NCBI GenBank assembly: GCA_964291625.2
Contig: OZ220089.1
Coordinates: 1,120,001 to 1,184,000 of the forward strand
Length of the DNA: 64,000 nt
Source: Candidatus Latescibacterota bacterium
Lineage (GTDB): Bacteria; Latescibacterota; UBA2968; UBA8231
Direction: 5' to 3'
Shown: piece after piece, positions 57,810-64,000 of the stretch
How the letters are laid out: each line of letters opens with the position of its first letter
Numbering within the stretch: position 1 is the stretch's first letter
The notes under the pieces: model-generated
The model's database searches: none
The model's input: only the letters and a program-made list of their open reading frames with translations
Told to the model about the DNA's origin: nothing
Translations under genes and position numbers: made by a program

Positions 57810-58701
57810 CACCGCCATCGCATTGGAAGGCCTGACCCATCGCTTCGGCAAGCGCCCCGCCCTGGAGGACCTCCACCTCGAGGTCCCCACCGGTGCGGTC
57901 TGCGGCTTCCTGGGGCGAAACGGGGCCGGAAAGACCACGGCCATAAGAATCCTGATGAACGAGCTCCGCCCCTCGGCCGGACGGGTGGAGGTGCTCGGAC
58001 TGGACCCGGCGCGGGGCTCCCTGGCGCTGCGGCGCCAGGTGGGGTACGTCCCGGAGAGTCCGGTCATGTACGGGTGGATGAAGGTGCGCCAGCTGGCCTG
58101 GTTCGCCGGCCAGTTCTACGACACCTGGGACGCGGCACGGGTCGCGGGGATGATCGACCGCTTCGGCCTCGACCCGGAGCAGAAGGTCAAGCACCTCTCC
58201 CGCGGCATGAACGCCCAGCTCGCCCTCGCCCTCGCCCTGGGCCACGAGCCTCGCCTGCTGATTCTCGACGAACCCGCCTCCGGCCTGGACGTGGTGGTCC
58301 GCCGCGACTTCCTGGAGAGCATCATCGGCCTCATCCAGGAGGAGGGGCGGACCGTCTTCATGTCGTCCCACCTGGTGCATGAAGTGGAACGCGTGGCCGA
58401 CCGGGTAGCCATCATCGAGCAGGGCCGCCTGGTCGCCGAAGGGCCGGTGGACGAGGTGAAGGGCTCGGTCAAGCGGGTGTCGGTCCGCATGCCGGAGGAC
58501 GCGGGGCCATTGACCGGGATCCCCGGCCTGGGGGAGGTGCAGGGTACGGGGGCGCATCAGCTGTTGACGGTGGTGGGGTACGGTGAGGAACAGGCGGAGC
58601 GCATCCAGGCCCAGAGTGGACGCATCGTCGAGGTGGAGGACCTGGGGCTCGAGGAGGCCTTCGTGGCGTACGCAAGAGCTGCCAGAGGACAAGGGCCATG
58701 A
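57802..58701 (+). CDS. ABC transporter ATP-binding protein
   Basis: GRNGAGKT, LSRG, LILDEP, SSH. Confidence 0.95.
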   Translation: MTDTAIALEGLTHRFGKRPALEDLHLEVPTGAVCGFLGRNGAGKTTAIRILMNELRPSAGRVEVLGLDPARGSLALRRQVGYVPESPVMYGWMKVRQLAWFAGQFYDTWDAARVAGMIDRFGLDPEQKVKHLSRGMNAQLALALALGHEPRLLILDEPASGLDVVVRRDFLESIIGLIQEEGRTVFMSSHLVHEVERVADRVAIIEQGRLVAEGPVDEVKGSVKRVSVRMPEDAGPLTGIPGLGEVQGTGAHQLLTVVGYGEEQAERIQAQSGRIVEVEDLGLEEAFVAYARAARGQGP

Positions 58702-60767
58702 ATCCGCTGCGTGCTCTGTTGTGGAAGGAAGTGCGGACGGCGGCCTACAGGATCGCCGCATGCGCCTGCCTCGCTCTGCTCGCCGGGCTGGCCCACATCG
58801 ACTGGTCCTTTCCCTTGCCCGGCTGGGGCATATTTGCCTGGCTGACTGGTGACCCCTTCTCCAGCCCAGGGCTAACCCTCCAGGCAGTGTGCCATCTGGT
58901 CGGCATTCTCGGCGCCATACTGATGGCCATGGACCTGGTGGCCGGTGAACGTAGCCGGGGGACGCTGCCCTTCCAATCCAACCTGCCGGTTAGGACGGCC
59001 TGGCTGCTTGGAGCGAAGTACGCAGTCGGGGCCGCGGGGCTTCTTGCAGTGCTGGCCGCGTACTGGGCAGGCGTCTTCCTCGGAATTCCACACTGGGGGA
59101 GCGTCTCTTGGAGCACCTCCTGGCATTCGTACGAACAACCCTTGCTCATGGAAACCCTGAAGGATGTCGGGTACGGCCGGATCCTGCTGCTCTGGTTCCT
59201 GTTCTACCTGATCTTCTACTCAGGTGCGTTCCTCTCGTCCACCTTGAGCAACCGCGCCTTCCAGGCCGCATGGACCAGCCTGCTGATGGTTGGTGTCTGG
59301 ATCTTCTTGCCTCTAGGCCTCCGCCAGATGCCTGATCCTGTTTCCCTCTCTCTGCGGCAGGTCCTTGAGAATGGACTCCACGCTGGCCTGATCCTGCGAC
59401 CAGCCTTCGACCCGACGCTGCTGCTTGCCAGGGCGGCCGTAGCCTTCCTGCTGGCTGGTTGCGTGCTGGCATGGTGCTGCCGGGCCTTTCGAGCGCAAGG
59501 GGGGCGTCGATTCCAGTGGGTCATGATCGCCCTCTTCCTGACATGTCTGGTTGTCTGGTATGGGCCAAGACCGGAGTCCAGCTCGAAGACCGTGGAATAC
59601 TGGGTCCAGCCGGTGGGCCGGCTTCCCTATGAAGCAGAAGTCGTAGATCTGGCGGTGAGAGACGGAACTGCGGTCGTGCTGCTGACATCCGGACTGAGCA
59701 TCGTCGACGTGGCGGACTGGCAGTCACCAAGGGAAGTCGGCCGGGTGGAGGTGGACGGCTGGCAACTGCGCACGCTGGCCGTTTCAGACTCGGCGGCCTA
59801 TGTCTGGGGATGGACTAAGGAGCAGGACAGTGCAGGGGTGGCCGTATTCGATCTGCGCCTGCCCGAACGCCCCCGGCTGCAGACTCGGCGGCTTCTCTAT
59901 CCCATCGAGGCGGGCCCCACCCCCTGGCTCGACCATACTCCCCGCCTGACGGCCTGGACCGTCAGGGACGGACACCTCTACGCCGGCCTGCTCGGCAGCG
60001 AGTTCCTCGAGCTGCACAGCTTCGACGTGCGAAGTGGTGGCGCCCCTCAGCCGATCCAGGGGCTGCGGGTCGAAGAGACGGCCAGGCATGTCTGGAACAA
60101 CGACTGGGAGATGCACCTGGCCGGCGACAAGGCCTTCCTCACCCTGGGACACGACCTCGTCGTCCTTGACCTGGCCGACCCAGCGGCAATGCACGAGCTG
60201 AGCCGGACCTCCCTTCGCCGGTTCGGACACTCCTCCAGGCGGTATGAAGAGTTGATGGAGTCATTCCATCTCCAGCTGTCTCAACTGCCAGACGAAATCG
60301 CCTCGGAGATGGAAGCCCACAGACGGGGACTGGTACACCGAAACAAGGAAGGGGAGCCCATCGGCAACCGGCGCTACTTCTGGATCTCCTTCCCGCCGGC
60401 GCTGGGGCCGGTCGCCCTGGCCGGCAACAAGGCCTACGTCCCACGCTTCTGGCCCCGGGAGCTGGCCGTACTCGACATCAGCGATCCTCGGCGCCCGGTG
60501 GAGGTTGGTTACCTGCGTGGGAAGTCACCCTCCCAACTGGTCAAGAGAGGAAGACTCGTCCACTCCCTGACGCCGTGGGGTGGCATCCGAGCCTATTCCG
60601 TGGACCAGGACGGCACCTTGCTGACTCCGACTAGGTTCCGGAGGCTGCAACTTGGGGACGGCCCCAACAGAAGGCCGCGAGCCAAGGGCTTGGTACCAGT
60701 GGACGATCACCTCTGCGCAATCGCGGACAGCAGCCTTGCCATCTTCAGAATCCCCCACCCTGACTGA
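58698..60767 (+). CDS. ABC-2 type permease fused to an LVIVD-like beta-propeller
   Basis: LLWKE, ERSRGT..F..LP; six to seven TMs, then LSIVDV, LVVLDLADP and LAVLDISDP repeats. Confidence 0.75.
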   Translation: MNPLRALLWKEVRTAAYRIAACACLALLAGLAHIDWSFPLPGWGIFAWLTGDPFSSPGLTLQAVCHLVGILGAILMAMDLVAGERSRGTLPFQSNLPVRTAWLLGAKYAVGAAGLLAVLAAYWAGVFLGIPHWGSVSWSTSWHSYEQPLLMETLKDVGYGRILLLWFLFYLIFYSGAFLSSTLSNRAFQAAWTSLLMVGVWIFLPLGLRQMPDPVSLSLRQVLENGLHAGLILRPAFDPTLLLARAAVAFLLAGCVLAWCCRAFRAQGGRRFQWVMIALFLTCLVVWYGPRPESSSKTVEYWVQPVGRLPYEAEVVDLAVRDGTAVVLLTSGLSIVDVADWQSPREVGRVEVDGWQLRTLAVSDSAAYVWGWTKEQDSAGVAVFDLRLPERPRLQTRRLLYPIEAGPTPWLDHTPRLTAWTVRDGHLYAGLLGSEFLELHSFDVRSGGAPQPIQGLRVEETARHVWNNDWEMHLAGDKAFLTLGHDLVVLDLADPAAMHELSRTSLRRFGHSSRRYEELMESFHLQLSQLPDEIASEMEAHRRGLVHRNKEGEPIGNRRYFWISFPPALGPVALAGNKAYVPRFWPRELAVLDISDPRRPVEVGYLRGKSPSQLVKRGRLVHSLTPWGGIRAYSVDQDGTLLTPTRFRRLQLGDGPNRRPRAKGLVPVDDHLCAIADSSLAIFRIPHPD

Positions 60768-60782
60768 GGGATTCCTTGCGTC

Positions 60783-61532
60783 TCAGGGCGTTGGCAACTC
60801 CACGGGCGCCGAACTCGTGAACACCGACTCCGGCAACTCATCGAAGACAGCCACACCCGTGTGCCCGCGCTCCCCGCGGCCGTCGGAGAGCAGGATCGAT
60901 CCGTGGCGCTGCCAGTTGGTCCACGGGCCGATGAAGCGCGGCTCCGCGTCGGCGGCGTCGCGGTAGAAGGCCCACTGGGTCACCAGCCGTGACTCCTGGT
61001 CGATCCAGACGGCGTACTTGTTCTGCGGGGTGACCCCCACGTCCCTGAAGGTCAGCTCCACCACGTCGGCGGGCCGGCCGTCCGCGGTGGCGTCCGGTCC
61101 CCGGTGTCGCAGGGTGACGCCGGTGTCCTTCAGCTTGTAGGGCATGACCAGCCAGTACGAGTCGTTGATCCAGGCGCGGTAGCCCTGGTCGAGGCGGGCG
61201 GCCAGGGTGTCGGGGTCGCTGACCTCCACGCCGGCGGCGAAGGCGCGGCCCTCCTTTGTGTGGATGTTCATCAGCACCGTCAGGTCGTCCTGCTCGAAGC
61301 GGATGTCCCCGGTCCACCTGTCCCACACGTGGAGGCGGATGCCGAAGAAGCGCCAGGTGATGTAGCGGGTGGCGTCCCAGTTGGCGCGGCCGCCCATGGC
61401 GGCCATGACCTCGTCCGCCAGGGCGATCGCCTTCGGGTCGGAGCCGGCGGCGTCGAAGCCGGGAGCCGGCGGGTTGTCGGCGGCGTGGGCGGCGCCGATC
61501 AAGGAGAAGATGACCAGGAGTGAGCGCATCAT
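60783..61532 (-). CDS. conserved secreted hypothetical protein
   Basis: Signal peptide; AMGG..W, WINDSYWLVMPYKL.D.GV, VG.TP.N.Y. Confidence 0.75.
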   Translation of the reverse strand: MMRSLLVIFSLIGAAHAADNPPAPGFDAAGSDPKAIALADEVMAAMGGRANWDATRYITWRFFGIRLHVWDRWTGDIRFEQDDLTVLMNIHTKEGRAFAAGVEVSDPDTLAARLDQGYRAWINDSYWLVMPYKLKDTGVTLRHRGPDATADGRPADVVELTFRDVGVTPQNKYAVWIDQESRLVTQWAFYRDAADAEPRFIGPWTNWQRHGSILLSDGRGERGHTGVAVFDELPESVFTSSAPVELPTP

Positions 61533-61586
61533 GAGGGGTTTCCCTTGGGCTGCGGGTGATCTGAGAACGTGTCTGGTCGCGCAGAG

Positions 61587-62345
61587 TCAGCCGCGGGTGG
61601 CGCTCTGCGCGGGCAGGAACAGCCCTTCCACCAGGCCGGGCACCCGCGGGCCGGTACCCTGCGCCTGAAGATGCTCCGCCCATGCCTCGAGATAGCCTTC
61701 GAACGTCTCGTTGGTGGTCACATCCCAGCCGTTCAGTTGGCCGCAGTCGCGCCATAGCGAAGGATCCTCGAGAAACCGGTCCAGCAGGGCGATGGCAATG
61801 GTGCCGTTGACTTCGCGGATGACCGGATCCTCCTCCAATCTGTCCAGATTGCCAGCCAGCCAGGCTCGGAGATCGCCATCGGCGGGTTGTTCATACCCTT
61901 GCTGGATCTCCTCGGCGTAGGTCCTGAAGTGCGGCGCGAACGCTTCTGCCTCGAGGACACACGGGGGCGGATTGTCTCTCCAACCATTCGCAAGCCGATG
62001 CAGGACGAAGAGCGACGCCAGCTCGCACAAGCTCTCTTCGAACCACTTGTGCTTGTGTTCCCTGTGCCGGTCGAAGTTGGTCATGAGATGGCACAGCTCG
62101 TGCGAGAATTGGTACACGTACTGGCACCAGTACGTATCCCGGGCGCTGATTCGGATCTGGTAGGGCCTGTGATCGTAGAAGGCTCTCGGCGATTGGCTCC
62201 ACCAGGCGACCTGGATGGGAGCAGCCGGATGCTTGTTGAAGGCTTGTATGAGCACTTCGTACGCGGAGTCCAGGACCCCGTGGACGGCAGAGAGGCTCAC
62301 ACCTCCCCAGTTGCTGTTCTCTATCGTTATTCGTCCCTGTTCCAT
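61587..62345 (-). CDS. putative HExxH zinc metallopeptidase
   Basis: YQFSHELCH followed by WFEESLCE. Confidence 0.65.
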   Translation of the reverse strand: MEQGRITIENSNWGGVSLSAVHGVLDSAYEVLIQAFNKHPAAPIQVAWWSQSPRAFYDHRPYQIRISARDTYWCQYVYQFSHELCHLMTNFDRHREHKHKWFEESLCELASLFVLHRLANGWRDNPPPCVLEAEAFAPHFRTYAEEIQQGYEQPADGDLRAWLAGNLDRLEEDPVIREVNGTIAIALLDRFLEDPSLWRDCGQLNGWDVTTNETFEGYLEAWAEHLQAQGTGPRVPGLVEGLFLPAQSATRG

Positions 62346-62649
62346 CACTCCGCCCCACTGACCTTGGGCGACGCCGGGCGGGTGCCGTGAGGGCCGCATT
62401 CGCGCGGGCCGAGCATGCTCGGGCCCCCCGGATGGTTCCCAGAGAACCATCTTCGCTGGCGCGACCGGGCCAACAGGCTGCCCAGTTCGTCCGTGCGTCC
62501 GTAGAAAGTCCAGGAGGTGGCCACCGGGAGTAAGGTAGCTATTATTCCTCAGTCGTCACCCAAGGAGATGGCTCTTCCCGGACAGCCGGCCTGAAGTTCA
62601 GACGGCCCCCCTGACGACCTCCTATACTAATCCGGCTGGATCCGACCCC

Positions 62650-63711
62650 ATGCACTCTTTCCGCAACAACCGTCTGCGCGATCATGAAATGCCGCTGAGC
62701 ACGGTGTGGCTGCTCAACGACATCGCCGAGTCGAGGGGCCGACAGGAGCTGTTCACGCGCCAGTCGCCGCAGGCCCTCAAGGCGCTCCGCGACGCCGCGG
62801 TCATTCAGAGTACCGAGTCCTCCAACCGGATCGAGGGCGTGACGGTCGCTCCGGACCGCCTGCACCCGCTGGTGCTCGGCCAAGCCAAGCCCCGGGACCG
62901 CTCCGAGCAGGAAGTCCAGGACTACCGACGCGCCTTGAACGAGATTCACTCCGACTACGCCGCTCTCACCATCTCACCGGACACCTTGCTGCGCCTGCAT
63001 TCCCTTTGCCAATCCGCTGCCGGCGACGCGGGCCAGTTCAAACGAGTCGACAACGACATCGTGGAGTTCCTGCCCGGGCAGGCCCCTGTGGTCCGGTTCC
63101 GCTGCGTGAAGGCTGCGGAAACCCCCGCGGCTGTAGAAGAACTCTGCCAGCACTACCAGTACGCACTCGACCAGGAGAACATCCCGCCCCTTGTCGCCAT
63201 CGCCGCCCTCGCCCTGGACTTCCTCTGCATCCACCCTTTCCGGGACGGGAACGGCCGCGTGTCCCGGCTGCTCACCCTGTTGGCCCTCTACCAGCACGGC
63301 TACGAGGTCGGTCGCTACATCAGCCTGGAACGCCTCATCGAGGAGTCCCGGGAGTCCTGCTACGAGTGCCTCCGGCTCAGTTCCCACGACTGGCACGACG
63401 GAAGACACGAGCTGACGCCCTGGTTCAACTTCCTCTTTGCGATCCTCCGCCGAGCCCATGTCGAGCTGGAGGAACGCGCCGGCCAGATCGCGTCCCCACG
63501 GGGCGAGAAGTCCCGGCGCGTACTTGCCGCCATTCGCGCCCAACCGGACGAGTTCCGCCTGCGAGACCTGGAACGCGATTGCCCCGGGGTGGGCCGGGAA
63601 TGGATCCGCACCCTTCTCGCAGAACTGAAGAGGTCAGGCGATGTAACCTGCCGCGGCCGGGGTCCGGGGGCGCGCTGGCGTTTTCTCGGGAATGAGGGTA
63701 GCAGCCCTTGA
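62650..63711 (+). CDS. Fic family protein with C-terminal winged helix
   Basis: HPFRDGNGRVSR; SSNRIEG inhibitory-type helix. Confidence 0.93.
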   Translation: MHSFRNNRLRDHEMPLSTVWLLNDIAESRGRQELFTRQSPQALKALRDAAVIQSTESSNRIEGVTVAPDRLHPLVLGQAKPRDRSEQEVQDYRRALNEIHSDYAALTISPDTLLRLHSLCQSAAGDAGQFKRVDNDIVEFLPGQAPVVRFRCVKAAETPAAVEELCQHYQYALDQENIPPLVAIAALALDFLCIHPFRDGNGRVSRLLTLLALYQHGYEVGRYISLERLIEESRESCYECLRLSSHDWHDGRHELTPWFNFLFAILRRAHVELEERAGQIASPRGEKSRRVLAAIRAQPDEFRLRDLERDCPGVGREWIRTLLAELKRSGDVTCRGRGPGARWRFLGNEGSSP

Positions 63712-63741
63712 GTAAGGGTAGTGATAGGGGTATTTGCTGAG

Positions 63742-64000
63742 ATGGAGGGAGTCGAAAACCGCGGGGCCGAAGGCGCGCCCCCCTCCCTCCGCGCCGCGGT
63801 GCCGCCGCGGGTCCGGCGGGAGCTGGCCGGGGTCGTCGCCCCCGGCGAGGAGTTCCGCCTCGCGGTAACCACGGACATCCGCCTCGACGGCCGCTACGGC
63901 GAGGCCTGGCTGATGGCCACCGACGACCTGCTGGTGGCCTTCAGCCCCGACGGCGGCGGCCCCGCCGACCTGGTCTCCCTGCCCCTGGCCGAGATCCAGG
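63742..64000 (+). CDS. partial CDS, probably the N-terminal domain of a fused ABC transporter
   Basis: Open to the window end; TDIRLDGRYGEAWLMAT motif. Confidence 0.5.
   Translation, partial: MEGVENRGAEGAPPSLRAAVPPRVRRELAGVVAPGEEFRLAVTTDIRLDGRYGEAWLMATDDLLVAFSPDGGGPADLVSLPLAEIQ

Noticed and set aside
63694-63733. Three GGGTA-containing short repeats at the end of the fic gene
   Set aside because: Too short and irregular to support a call.
1-64000. tRNA, rRNA, riboswitch, IS element or prophage
   Set aside because: No recognisable signatures found by eye; an Infernal/tRNAscan run would be needed to exclude them.

Overview
GC-rich bacterial window with about 57 densely packed CDSs. I found no rRNA, tRNA, CRISPR array, integrase or transposase. 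An FlgD/T9SS-type 'QNYPNPFNPST' domain, LDL-receptor YWTD repeats, ankyrin repeats and four PhyH dioxygenases suggest an FCB-group organism such as a sponge-associated Latescibacterota (inference only). The window holds catabolic genes (amidohydrolases, PhyH, aldolases, CBM9-like, GH5, gdhA), a surface-glycan locus containing an 18-YWTD-repeat protein, and a triplicated GT-C glycosyltransferase. It also holds mazEF, purine salvage genes, an A-T-R NRPS-like reductase, a YtrA/ABC operon and a Fic protein. The best candidates for undescribed biology are: (1) a coiled-coil/beta-CASP nuclease followed by a membrane protein and a tiny, highly basic repeat protein (4.9-8.3 kb); (2) an ATRR-like A-T-R reductase, ankyrin and deaminase operon; (3) a sigma54 promoter with tandem enhancer sites driving a stand-alone 70-aa HTH protein; (4) an LRP-like triple beta-propeller coupled to a glycosyltransferase. 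Two single-base frameshifts could be sequencing errors. All family calls come from motif recognition by eye, not from database searches.
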